Assembly (NCBI GenBank): GCA_002269645.1
Contig: NIVC01000543.1
Coordinates: forward strand, 310,001 to 374,000
Source: Macrostomum lignano
Taxonomy: Eukaryota
DNA: 64,000 bases
Reading direction: 5' to 3'
Shown: positions 1-12,362 of the stretch, piece after piece
How positions within the stretch are numbered: the first letter of the stretch is position 1
Layout of the letters: each line of letters opens with the position of its first letter
Translations under genes and position numbers: made by a program
Notes under the pieces: model-generated
Database searches by the model: none
The model's input: only the letters and a program-made list of their open reading frames with translations
What the model was told of the DNA's origin: nothing

Positions 1-705
1 ACCGGGTGAGTCACGTGCTTTCGGACCCCTCCCTTCTCTAAGGAGAGGAGTGACTCATGTTGCTAAAAATAGCAACTGAGTCACAGCCGCGTGTACTCTG
101 GCCAGGGACCTCAAGTGACGTCAGTTCTAAAAATAGAACAAGTCACGAGGTCTTCCGCACGCTTGTACCCTGCCCAAGACTCTCGAGTGATGTCAGTTCT
201 AAAAATAGAACAAGTCACGAGGTCTTCTGCGTGGGTGTTTCCCGGCTATAAATAGGAGCTCCCTCCCCCTTGTTTCCGTCAAGGAGTCTTCTTTCTGTTC
301 AACCTTGAGTTCTACGTCTGCGTGTGACCAAATCCCCCGAGTGTCTGAGCCTTTGCACATATTGACTCTATTCCTATTGCTCCGACTGAAACCCGACCAA
401 GTCAACCCAAGTCTACGAGAGGCTAACTCAGCCCTCCCTCTACCATCCTAGCCCGGCAGGTACTGCTGACGAGACGCCTTATACGTTGAGCTGCAAATCT
501 GCACGTCGTGCTGTGTTCGTTGACTTCATTATTTCGTTCTGACGGGAAGCTCACCTCACCGAAGGCCGAGACCTGAAGGAACTAGTGGCAGCACTACCTA
601 CGCTACTAAAGTTAAGAAGGCTTCTAAGTGAGAGGACAAAGCCCAAGTCACTGCGCTGTACAGCAGGACAACCACAGGTACAACACTGGTGGCAGCGGTG
701 GGATT
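1..705 (+). mobile_element. 3' part of a Ty3/gypsy-type 5' LTR (starts before the window, ends ...CAACA at 685) plus primer-binding site; internal region lost after about 745
   Basis: CA end followed after 1 nt by TGGTGGCAGCGGTGGGATT (687-705), the reverse complement of the 3' end of eukaryotic tRNA-Leu(AAG/UAG) including CCA; TATA-like CTATAAAT at 246-253. Confidence 0.75.
7..255 (+). promoter_or_regulatory. LTR U3 enhancer/promoter cluster: 4 MEF2-consensus sites, AP-1 and CRE motifs, 72-bp-period duplication
   Basis: CTAAAAATAG at 63-72, 127-136, 199-208 and CTATAAATAG at 246-255; TGAGTCA 7-13 and 77-83, TGACTCA 51-57, TGACGTCA 116-123, TGATGTCA 188-195; 110-155 repeated at about 183-227. 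Confidence 0.6.
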
Positions 706-750
706 CAAAGACCTACCAGGCCACCCCAAGAAAAACCAGTCTATTTCATT

Positions 751-1681
751 AAATTTTTCATAGTGTAACTAATTTAGTAGGATTGCATTGTAATCAGTTA
801 TTCATTAATTTTTCGCTATTTTTATAAACTATCCCACATTGCCTTGATTTGCCATCCCTGTTTAACTGCTGTGACTTGTCTATACAGAGGACAGTAGTTT
901 GAATCTCTCCATAAACTCTCTCCTCTCCACACCTCTCCACTCATGGGGGTACAGAGAAGGCTATTAAAAAGTTATTCCAAAACACTGTACATTCGCTATA
1001 TACATTGAGCCCTATCGCCTGACCCTTCGTCTGGACTGGGGGAATGAGTGAGTGAGTGGCATAAACAACAGAAAAAGCAGACAAAATTCACATGCTTATA
1101 GTTTCTGTCCTGATTAAGATACAGAGTTGAGACTTTACATTCAGACAGAGAATGAGTTAAAAAAGAATTGTGTCAAATTTGAAGCTAATCGCCTCATGTT
1201 GAGCAAATTTATGGCAGCCGAAAGTTAGTCATTTTAAAACCTATTTACACCCTTTGCCCAGATTGGGAGGCAGGCGGGTGAGGTTGGGGTGGCTGCCTCG
1301 CTGAAAAAACAGCTTAACTTTAAAAGTGCACAGCGCCGTTTAGGATTAACTTTGAGACTTGAAATTTAAAATGATTGTGTCAAAATAGTTGAAGATTGAT
1401 TGTGTCAAATTTGAAGAAGATTAGTAGAAGTGGCGCGATGCTATGAAGGATTTAGTGGAAAAATTGCGCATTTTGAGCCGTTTTTTGCACTTTTAGGTAT
1501 AAAGACTAAAATTTAGGAAATTTAAAGATAGCCTAAGACATTCTCCGTAGTGAGTTTAGGGTGGATGCAAAATTTGGTGTCATTTAGTCGGGTGGTTTGG
1601 GAGTCCATAGCAAACAAAATTGTCCACAGACAGACAGACACATAGACAGACAGAGTTTATATTTTTATATGTAGAGAAGAT
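751..1681 (+). mobile_element. Interspersed repeat copy 1, Lep1/HINE-like (Helitron/Helentron-derived non-autonomous element)
   Basis: Collinear with 7808-8755 (roughly 80-90% by eye); 3' (CAGA)n microsatellite followed by ...TTTTATATGTAGAGAAGAT, typical of Lep1/HINE-type ends. The repeat is certain, the class less so. Confidence 0.65.
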
Positions 1682-1710
1682 GAACTTTTAATTTTATACT
1701 AGAACCTTCT

Positions 1711-2496
1711 GGCTCATTCCATATAAGATGGACATATTTGGAAAATAGAAATAAGTCAATATTTTTGCTTGCCATTGCCTTATTAGCCTTTTTTTCTACC
1801 AAATGTTTTTTATGTGCAATATATACAATCTAAGAATAAAGGAATGGTAAAATGTTGGATTAGTATGTTATCAATTGGCAAAAAGTCATTTTTGTAAAAA
1901 TGTAGGCATTTTTCAAAGCAAAAGACATCATTAAGATTTTGTACCTTTTAAAAACAAATAGAAAACTTTTGAAGGTTGAAACAAACTATAGATAAAAGTA
2001 TAGTACTTGAATCATCAGATAAAAGCATTGGTGGCCAAATAATCTATTATATTTTTAATGTATTAGTACCTCAAAGTTACTGAATTAACAGAAAAAAATA
2101 TGTTACAACCATAATGTTATGACCATAATGCTGCCTTTTCTTTTGTATCTTTGTTGCCTTTTGGGTTTATATATTCTAATAAAAGAGTATGATTTCTAAA
2201 GATGTTTTTAGTCAAATTTTAAAAATGTATTGCAAAATATCAAAAATGAAAAATGTTATAAGACTTTTACCTTTTAGTTTCTATATGTCAAAAATCCTGT
2301 TGTTATAGCCATAAGTGTCATTTAAGGTTTAAAAGCATCTATACTAATGATAATATCTATATGAAATGCTATAAATATATTCTAGACAAAATAATCTTTC
2401 ATTTAAAATATTGGTTTAGTATACTCTATTATTAGATTTCATTTTATAAGTAAAAATAGCCTGTCATGTTACAACCGTGCTTATATGGAATGAGCC
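1711..2496. mobile_element. Non-autonomous DNA transposon (MITE-like, 786 bp), superfamily unassigned
   Basis: Perfect 17-bp TIR GGCTCATTCCATATAAG (1711-1727) / CTTATATGGAATGAGCC (2480-2496); flanking direct repeat CTTCT at 1706-1710 and 2497-2501. Confidence 0.85.
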
Positions 2497-5400
2497 CTTC
2501 TACTTTTGTTTAATTAAAAATATAAGCTATACTTTTTTAAATATCATAATTTCTTAATAAGTTTTTTATGAAACTTTTTTTGAAAAAAAAGATTTTTATT
2601 ATCTTAATCTAAACCACAGATACTAGAATAACTAGATAGTCTATTTAATACATAATGCTTTGGGGCATAATCTTAGTTTCCCCTATTGGAATATGCTAAC
2701 AAATTGTGGACACATGCCTGTTGCATTTACAAAATTTGTGTAATAAAATGAATATGTGTAATATCACTATTTAAGTTAAGGTAGGAGTTCCAGTAAGATT
2801 TTGAAACTTTTAAATTTCTAATTTTTTATTATATAGTATGATAGATCTTGTTTGTATAAGTAAAGACACCTCACTTTTAAATTTTGGTCAAATAATAAAA
2901 TAGTCATAGTGTCATATTTTTTGACACTTTTGTAATGCATTTTTCCTAATAGGTACTGTGATTGTTTTTCTTAAAAATGTCTGATTTTCCAAGTTATAGA
3001 TAATATAACTTTTGAATTATCCAATGCATTTTTATGCTTAATATGTCATTTTTTAGCATTTTTCTTGTAGATTATTCTGAATTAGTGCTTTACAAAATAC
3101 AATTGATAGTTTTTCTTTTATTTTCATAATAATGAGGTGCCATAAATGGAATTTTAATCTTTCAACCACAATTATTTCATTTTTATCCTTATATAGATAG
3201 ATCATCCAGCTGCAAAACCAAGCCGATCTAGCTGTCTGGCAAAGGGCCTAGCCAAGGTAAGTTGCAAAAATGCCCATCTAATTAGTACTCTAAATTAGGA
3301 AAGGAGTACTAATTAGATGACAAGGTATTTACTCCTGCTGTTTACCCAAAACATTGGTATTTAAGCTGTGGTAAGATCTAGCAATAAGATCATTGTTTCC
3401 TTGTGTTAGTATGCCATTTTGGATGAATAAAACAGAAGAGAAAGAAAATCCATTTGCTTTTATCCATCCAAAATATATATTAAGGGTATATTTGGAAAAA
3501 CATTTTTCTGGGAATTTTCACTGAAAGAAAATAAAAAAGTTTGTATATATCATATTCTACATAAAATTCTACATAAAATTTTGATGGGAGTCATATGGAA
3601 GGCACTATAAACAATGGTTGAAAACAAAAGATGAAACTTTTAAACAGAAAATTTATAAAGAAATTTTTTTTACAAATAATTATTTTTTAAAAGAATTTTA
3701 TATTCTTTTTCTGAATATTTACTTTGTTTGACTCAGTATTAATACATTAATTCAAATTTCAGAATCTACAATGTTAACTTTTTTACTTTTTGATCACAAA
3801 ACAATTTTTTTTCAAAAAAAACTTTGATGCCATATAACTTTCTTGTTATTGCACCCATTGTAGTGTAGAAAAACTTGTTAGAAATTAAATTTTATTTTCT
3901 TTTGAACATTGCATTGATTTTTTATGTTTCTTCATTTTTTCTGTTTTTTTATTCACTCACTGGAGCCCTTACCTTTAGCAACTTCTTGTTCTGGGTTAAT
4001 GAGTTCAATAGACTATTGACTGCTATAGACTAACCTTTTTTTTAACTTATTAGCCTAAGTTGATTTTTTAACTCAAAATAATTTAATGCAAGAAACTAGG
4101 ATTATGCCTACCTTTACTATATTTAGGCCTTAGCTTAGCCTAGGATACATAAAATTCAAAATAGAGAAGGCAATGAACAAGTACAATTTAACTTATATAT
4201 AAGATTTGTTCAATTAGTTCAATTCAATTAATTACCTTTGTCTTTGGTGGCTGGATATGCATGAAACTCAAACTTGAAAAGGTTTTAAAATTCCAGTTAG
4301 GATTGAAATCCATTGCTTAAAACTTAGATTAAAAATTAAAGTATAATTTTCAATAGGCTAAGGCTATGTTACTGGCAATAATATGAATATGACTGGGGAC
4401 CTAAACCTTTGTCCTTATTAGGCTTAGTGCCAACATAAATGGATTGGTAAGTCAAACAAGGCTACTAGGCTTAGTACAAATCCTGCCAATAATGACATTA
4501 CACTTAGGCCTACTTTATACAGGCCTACAACAAGCAAATTACTGCAAATATAAAGCTTTTCTATCGTTTTTTGTTAGGCCTTGCTTTTTGGAGCCTAGCC
4601 CTACTTGTGAGTCTGTGACTATAATGCACACAGATCTACTAGCCTAGAGATATATAGATATAGAATAGACTAAAAGGCTAATGGCCATAGCTATAACTAG
4701 GTAGTCTAACTCTGAGAAATAACTGATTAATTTAATTGATTGATGGCCGCGCAGGTTTGTAATGAGTGGTTATTTATTTATTAAAATAAAAATAAAATAT
4801 TTCGTTGCAATTTTGCTTAAATTATGCATTTAAACAATACCAAAACCATGTATATTTGATTAAAAAATTTTAATTTGTTGAAATTAGCAAAAACCGGCAG
4901 AGTATGTCCTGTCTGCGGCATTTTAGGAACTAGAGATTATAACGGAAAAATCGTTTAAAACATTTTAATATTAATTTACAATTAAAATAGACCATTTTTA
5001 GAAATTTTTCTAAGTCTAAGCCGCTTTATTTTGCATTGTTTAAAACAAAACTACTGCTAGTTTCCTATAAATCATCAAAATGGGGGGATATATCCCCGAA
5101 TCCCCCCCATTTACGCACCTGTTACGTATCAAACCTACATCACTACAGTGCGAAGCCTCCCACAGTGTAAACCCGCCCATCCGTGTAATCTTTGCAACTA
5201 TATACGTAAATACGTCATTTTTCCTGCGTGGAAAATCTCTTTTACACCCATTTTGTAACCGCGTGTGGGTTTCCACTCCCAGTTTTTTTTCCTTTTTATG
5301 TAATTCCATAGGTTTCCACCCGGTGTTAATCGTCACCACCCGGTGAAAACCCTTTTTTTCCACTGCGTGTAACTTCTTCCACCCGGGAGCAACTCCAGGA

Positions 5401-6059
5401 CTTTTATTTCCCATCCGGTAGCTCGATCATGAGTCTATTATAGAGTCTACGCTCACCAGTTCTAGAACTAAATACTAACTCGATCAACCCGTCTTCAGTC
5501 TGAATCGTCTGAAGCAATCGTGCTTCAGACAAGCCATATTTTCCCGCCTACCATGCATCCATGAAGTTGGGAGTGATCAGAGGGCGTCGAGCGTCAAGCC
5601 GACCGCAGCACCACTGAAAGCGGACAAAGTGCTGAAATCGGGTCGACATCTGCAGCTGTGGCGGCGGTCTGCAGATCTATTTCCTGTCGGTGTTGCACCC
5701 TTTGCTTCTCTATAAATCTTCTACCATGTGGCTGCCCGATTTGCGACTGGACTCTCTAGCGCTATACCTCAGATGCGGGATGGCATTGTGGAAGTGTAGC
5801 TCGTCTAACAAATAGTAGGAAAACAAGCTGTTGAAACCCGCGGATTTTGAACCCGGGGAACTCCATTCCCCGGAATTATTTTTGCATGTATTCTAAAATC
5901 TGAGGTCAAACTTAAACAAAAACTTGTTCCCTTGTTAATAGTTAGGATAGAGTTAAACATAAAGTAGTGCACATTCATGTAAAATTAGGATTTGAGGCAA
6001 ACATTGATATTGTTGGCTGGGGTGCTGCGCAGAATGTCAGGCAAACTCTGGCCTTTACG

Positions 6060-7560
6060 TACCTCTGCCTCTCCCTATGTCCTTTGCATCCTTTGAAACT
6101 TCCATCTTCTTTTCTGTTTCCTATCTTCTCTCTCGTCTTTTCTTTTTCTCCCCTCTTATCTCTTCTTTCTTCTCTCCTCTCTCGTCTCTTCTCTCATCTC
6201 TTCCCTCTCCACTCTATTATTTTCTCTCTCTTCTCTCTTCGCTCTGGTCTCTGTTCTCTCATATCTCCTTTCTCCTGTTTTATCTTTTCTCATTTCTCTC
6301 TGCTCTCTACTCTCTCTTCCCTCACCTCTCTTCTCACTCCTTACTCTACCCTCTCTCAACACTTTCCTTATCTCTACTCTCTCCTTTTTCCTCTCTTCTC
6401 TCAACTCTTTCCTCTCCTCTGTCCACTCTCTCCTCTCATCTCTCTGCTCTCTCCTATCCTATCTCTCTTCTCTCTCTTCTCTCCCCTCTCCTCTCCTCTC
6501 TCGTCCTTTTCACCAATTTCCCCTGTCCTCTCGATTCTCTCCCTTCCCCTCCTCTCTCCTCACTCACTTCTCATCTCTCCCTTGTCTCCACCTCTCATCC
6601 CTTATTTCTTATCTCTCCTGTTTTCTCTCTATTCCCCCATCTCTCGTCTGTTCACTCTCGTTTCTGCTCTCATCTCCCCTCTCTTATCTGTCATCTTTAC
6701 TCTCATATGTTCTCTCACCTCTCTCCCCTTGTACTCCTCTCTTTCCCCTTTTTGACTCAGGAGGACTCGATCCTTTCTTCTTTCTTCTCGTCTCTTCTCT
6801 TCTCTCTTCTATACTCTCTCCCTCTCTTGTCTTCTTTCTTCTCTCTCACTCTCCTCTCTCCTCTCTTATATCGTCTGTTCACTCTCATCTTTGCTCTCTC
6901 ATTTCCCTCTCTCTTCTGTCATCTCTACTCTCCTCTCTACTGTGTACTCTTCTCTTTCCCCTCTTCTGACTCCTCTCTTTCTTTACTCCTCTTCTCTTCC
7001 CTCTTCTATACTCTCTCCCCTCTATTCTCTTTTCTCGTCTCCGCAATCTGCTCTCTCTTCCTTCATCTCTCATCTCTACTCTACTCTCTCATATATCCTT
7101 TCATCTCACTCATCTCTACAATCTCATCTCTTTCCTCTCTCCTCCTCTTCCCTTTACTCTATCATCTCTCCTTTGTCCTCTCTTCTTTCTCAACTCTCTC
7201 TCTCTCATCTCTATCTTCTCTCTTCTCACTCGTCTCTCCCCCTCTTATCTCCTCCCCTCTATCCTTTCTAATCCCCCCTCTCGATACTCTCATCTCCTCT
7301 TTGTTCTCTCATCTCACTCTTCTCTACTCTCCTCTCTCATCGATCCTCTGTCTTATCTCTCCCCTCTTCTCTCTCCATCTTCTCACCTCTACTATTTCCT
7401 CTCCCTTCTCTCTCCCCTCCTCTCGCTTCTTCGTCCCATATTCTCTGCTCTCTCCTCAACCTCCTCGTACGTCTCTCCTGTTATCTTCTATCTTTTCTTT
7501 TATCCCCTCTCGCCCCTCCTCCTTTTCTAATAGTCTATTTCTTTTCCTTTTCACTCTCAT
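6060..7560 (+). repeat. About 1.5-kb degenerate CT-rich polypyrimidine/polypurine tract
   Basis: Plus strand almost entirely C/T (CTCT, CTT, CTCA units), very few G. Confidence 0.95.
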
Positions 7561-7807
7561 ATGGCCCGTAGCTGCCGATCTGCCGATCCCTGCTTCGAAA
7601 GCCAGTTTGTGGGACGTAGTACTATCATGGTTGTTATAATTTCTCATGCTTTAATAACGTCATCTTTCTGATCAATTAGCAGCCCTGAGAGAAATTTGTA
7701 TATCTCCAGCTCCACCACCACAGTCTGCAGCAGTCTAACAACCATGGAAATACGCATTTCTTAGGAGGCCATTCAAATTTTAAAGTACCTTATGCGAATC
7801 CTAATGT

Positions 7808-8755
7808 TAAAAATTTCATGGTGTAACTAATTTAGTAGGATTGCATTGTAATCTGTTATTCATTAATTTTTCGATATTTTTACAAACCATCCCATATCGC
7901 CTTGATTTGCCATCCTTGTTTAACTGCTGCAGACTTGTCTATTCAGAGGACAGTGGTTTGAAATTGAATCTCTCACTAAACTCTCTCCTCTCCACGCCTC
8001 TCCACTCGCGGGGGTACAGAGAAGGCTATTAAAAAGTTATTCCAAAACACTTTACATTCGCTATGTACATTGAGCCCTATCGCCTGACCCTTCGTCTGGA
8101 CTGCGGGAATGAGTGAGTTGAGCGCCACAAACAACAGAAAATGCAGACAAACTTCACATGCTTACAGTTTCTTTTTCGGTTGAGTTACAAAGTTGAAACT
8201 TTACATTTAGACAGAGAATGAGTCAATGAAGAATTTTGTCAGGTTTGAAGTCAATCGCTTTACGTGGAGCAAACTTATGGCAGCTGAAAGTTAGTCAATT
8301 TTGAAACCCTTTTACACATCTGGGCCCAGATCGGTATCGGGAAAGAGAGGCAGGCGGGCGGAGGTTGGGGTGGTTGCTACGCTGAAAAAAACAGCCTAAT
8401 TTTAAAAGTGCACAGCACCGCTCAGGATTAACTTTGAGACTCGAAATTTTACATGATTGTGCCAAAATAGTTAAAGATTATCTGTGTCAAATTTGAAGAG
8501 AATCGGTAGAAGTGGAGCGGCGCTATGGAGGATTAAGTGAAAAAATCGCGCATTTTGAGCAGTTTTTTGCACTTTTAGGTGGGAAGACTCAAATTTAGGG
8601 AATTTTAAGGTAGCCTAAGACATTCTCCGTAGTAAGTTTAGGGTGGGTGTAAAGTTGGTGTAATTTGGTTGAGCGGTTTGGGAGTCCATAGCGAAGTAAT
8701 TTGTCCACAGACAGACAGACAGACAGACAGAGTTTTGATTTTTATAGGTAGAGAT
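7808..8755 (+). mobile_element. Interspersed repeat copy 2, Lep1/HINE-like
   Basis: Direct, collinear copy of 751-1681; ends with (ACAG)n then TTTTTATAGGTAGAGAT. Confidence 0.65.
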
Positions 8756-9309
8756 AAACGTCAACATGTTTTATCTTTTTGTTCACGTTTATTTTCCTAT
8801 GGGATGGTATTATACTCGGTCATTAGTGTGATGTACATACGTTGTCAATTTTTTCACCAATATGGCTCGATCGGCCTTGCAATAAATTTTTGTCGCATAA
8901 TTAATCAGTTGTATAAACGTCCAAACAATTTTACGCATTACATATTCTTCCAACACTTAATTCATCATACTTACAGTCAGTATCGTATGCAGCATTACTG
9001 CTTCTTCACATTTTTTCGTAAATTTGAAATCAGAATTGAATCTAGCGAACAGTTCAGCTATTTCATAATGCAGTTTCTATAAAAAACCTTAAACGCCATC
9101 ATTTTTGCACTCAAATTTGCGTCACAGCTAAAACGCTATTAGCGACTTGTATGATCTAACAGTTATTTTGACTCGCTTTGCAAAATGACACTCAAGTTTC
9201 TCATATACGCTCGTACCTATAGTCGCACGCTTATACGAGCTATTTGTTACTTGACAGAAAACTTAACCCACATGCTGCAATACATGTATGGCTCAGCAAG
9301 ATCGTAAAA

Positions 9310-9720
9310 ACCGAATGACAAATACAGATCGACAACGGCTGGTTGATTCTTTTGAAGCTGGCGAATACTGGAAAGTGCTGGGAAGCATTCTAAACATCAA
9401 GATATCAACAGAAAAATTGATTATCGCTATCTGCGTTTGAGAAGCCCGTACTGCCAATCTGAGGTTGGCGGAAGAAGGCATATAAAGACGGACGCTGAAA
9501 TGTTGGCCAGATCGTATCCGAGAGGCGGTTTGTGACTGGCCGAAGCTGGATCAGAGATGGCCTGGGAAGCCGCCCTGTGTCCGTCTCTACTATCGCCAAA
9601 GTGCTGGAAGAACAATTCATTTATACTCGTACGCTCGTACATGCAAAACTGAAGGCAAGGATGCAAATGTTCCGCTGGAAAGCTCTTCATCTTCTCTTCA
9701 ATGGGTATCAAATATAGGAA
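9310..9720 (+). pseudogene. Highly degenerate Tc1/IS630-like transposase N-terminal relic
   Basis: Broken frames read TDRQRLVDSFEAGEYWKVLGSILNIKIST and VSVSTIAKVLEEQF; the latter resembles VSKSTIARKLDKQLF of the Tc1-like ORF at 46843. Confidence 0.35.
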
Positions 9721-11280
9721 AGAATACGTCAGACATGCAAGAATGTTGTTTGAAATACTTCATCATTTAGGATTAGCAATGTTGGACTTAATCTACAGAA
9801 AAAAACAACGAAATCGATCACTTTGCTTACAAATGAAAAATTCATTAGTCTCAGTATAATTACTGCGGAGAAAATTAAACTGTTCGAACACATTTTACAA
9901 TGATGACGCCATTGAAAAATAGGGGTAGTTAGCTAAAACTGAAAACTGAAAGGAAATTTTGCGCGAAAGACAAAAAATTTGCGAGTGAAACGTTGACAAG
10001 ACAATCAAAGTTGAGAATCAAAATCGTCTGAATCGAAACTGTCAGCAATTAGAGCAAGAGCAATACGTTAGAGCAAGCGCCTGATAACAGAGGATGAATT
10101 AATACATGTACGTTGATGTAAATCCGATATGAATCTAAAGCATGGAATTACGAGCAGTAGTAAGTTATTTAGTATATATGCGGATATATAGTGTTAGTAA
10201 GAGCGGAAAGCCAGGAAATATATTACAGTGTAACCCGGCGCAGACTCCTGGATAAAATATGCTGGTCACGGAGAATGAGGTATCAAACGCCGAATGCCAG
10301 CGGTCACAATAAATATTTGGATGGCCACACTACAAGACTGTACATTATGAAAAGATAAAACTTACACATTAACATGCGGCTTGAATGAACTACATGCAAT
10401 TAACGTACATGTACGAAGTTTTTTACGAGCCTTGTTCCTTTTATTAAAATCATTTAATTAAAAAATCTATAGTTAATGCACCCTAAAAAGCCAATATTTT
10501 ACACCCACTGTTTACCCAGCCCAGCGCAGACGCCAAGCTCAAGTTCGTTAAACTTAAAATGTAAAACTGAAGAACTAGTTTTCATTCTCGTTTCGTTTTC
10601 AAATTATGAACAGAAAACATTAGTTTACCTTCGAAAGTAATACTTACACCCAGAAAGTACAGCATTAGCTACATTAAACTGACGACAAAAAATCTATCAA
10701 AGAATTTTCTGTTTGCACCTGCAGAATTCTTGGTTTGTACCATTTAATTGGTACGAGCTACTTGATTAAAATACGAGCCCGGCAGCTCGAACAACAAAAT
10801 GATATATGAAAGGGGTACTTGCTGCGACAGAGTTTTACACCCCGAGCACCTGCTTTGTCTTAATATATAGCGCGTATTTATTACTGATCACATAAGCATA
10901 ACACATCCGATGAATCTATACATCGCAGACTAACGAAAAACTCATCATTCAGACAGTAAGTAACAGCCATTTCTAAAAGCCAAAGCAGGCCTTAAGTCCC
11001 CTTTACATCGGTTTTTGACATCATTGTGAGATATCTAAATTTACACTAATGGCTGAAGGATTATTAAGTTGATGACCGAAAATAGTTTGTACTGGCCGCA
11101 GAACAGCAGCAGCAGGTCCTTTAGACTCTCTACCGCTTGAAAAGCATTAAGTGCAGCATTTCGCACCAGAGTGTGAAGCTCACCAAGTTAAAAAAAACAG
11201 ATCAAATTAAAAGATCAACAGCGTTTTTTTTATCAAAGTTTTACACATGAGGAGCAGGAGTTCAGAAACTCAAAATACCA

Positions 11281-12362
11281 TCAAACACTTCCGCCTTTCC
11301 ACTTGTGGCGCTCGTCAGCCAGAGCGCTGGGCTGCAGGTGATTGAAGGCTCCAGTAGTCAGGCAGTGCCCAGCGCCAGTCAGAGCCACTACCGGGCCGAT
11401 GGCGGCTCCCGGCAGCTGCCTGATCATGCCGACAACGCCACCTTCCGTGGCAGCCGCTCGCATTTCGTCTGCGGTGTCGCTGGCAGTTTCCCGGATGACG
11501 CGGACGGCCCCGGCACAGGCGTCACGGAAGTCGCCCGGGCACTGGCACCGCGCGAGACAGCGCGTATTCGCCGCTGCCGTCTCCGCTCGGTCAGGGGCAG
11601 CGGGCTGAGGACATCTTGGCTGAGCGCAGCAGCAGCCTGCAAGCCGCCCAAGATGCGGCCAGTCAGATCGAGCAAAGCGGCACCGCTGCTGCTAGCAAAA
11701 GAGTTCGCGCCGCGCTGCAGGCCTCGCAGCAGCAAGCCGTGCCGCATCCACGAGTCCACAGGCAGCCATACGAGGTCTCGCAGGCCAGTCAGAAGCTGCA
11801 GAAACACCCTGGCTGGCCCCAGGCCCCGCACTACCTGGCCTTTCTGCTTATCCCGCAGGTCGAGGACCCACTCCCCGAGGGCGTAGGTGCACAGCCGATC
11901 GATGCCCAGCAGTCCGCCGCGGTGCTCCAGCCGCTTCAAGCGGAGCTCCACATCATTGAGATGAAGGAGACCTAGCGCGATGCCGCCCAGCGTGCCCTCG
12001 GATGGCTTAAAGCGGCCGCCATTAAAGTCCAGCCTGATGAAAACTTCGGGCGAGAACACAAAGCAGCGGAAGTAAAGCTGTTGCTGCTGATTTTGTTGTG
12101 ACTGCAAGGACAGCGGCTGCTGATGCTGCTGCTCAGACTCCCGCTGAGCCACGATGGAGCCTTCAGCCAGTTCATCGAACAGCAGATTGATTTGTCTACT
12201 GGTCTCCATCACAGCCGTTTCTGAATCAGCTGCATCAGCAGCCTCCCCTGTCGACTCAAAGGAATCTTCAGGCTTAGCATCTCCGACAGCGCCTGCTGAG
12301 ATGGAGCAAGCGTCGTTTGGTTCCGTTTGTGCCGGCTGCGCTGGCGACAAGCGTTGAGAAAC
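11281..12362 (-). CDS. ATG2: ATG2 exon 13 (last coding exon; frame break at about 11540-11605)
   Basis: First frame to DVLSP; second frame QCPGDFRDACAGAVRVIRE...GVVGMIRQLP...WKGGSV, stop TGA 11281-11283. Acceptor at 12362 preferred, about 12335 also possible. Confidence 0.85.

Noticed and set aside
687-705. tRNA-like sequence
   Set aside because: Only 19 nt complementary to a tRNA-Leu 3' end, directly after an LTR end: a primer-binding site, not a tRNA gene
5967-7639. Long Leu/Ser/Phe-rich ORFs (262 and 520 aa) and Arg/Glu-rich antisense ORFs
   Set aside because: A CT-only tract cannot easily form stop codons; no domain or splice evidence
751-8755. Two direct repeats as LTRs of a 8-kb retroelement
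   Set aside because: No TG...CA ends, PBS, PPT, TSD or coding sequence between them; microsatellite tails fit another class
11540-11552. Micro-intron GTGCCAG explaining the ATG2 frame break
   Set aside because: 7 nt is far too short for spliceosomal splicing
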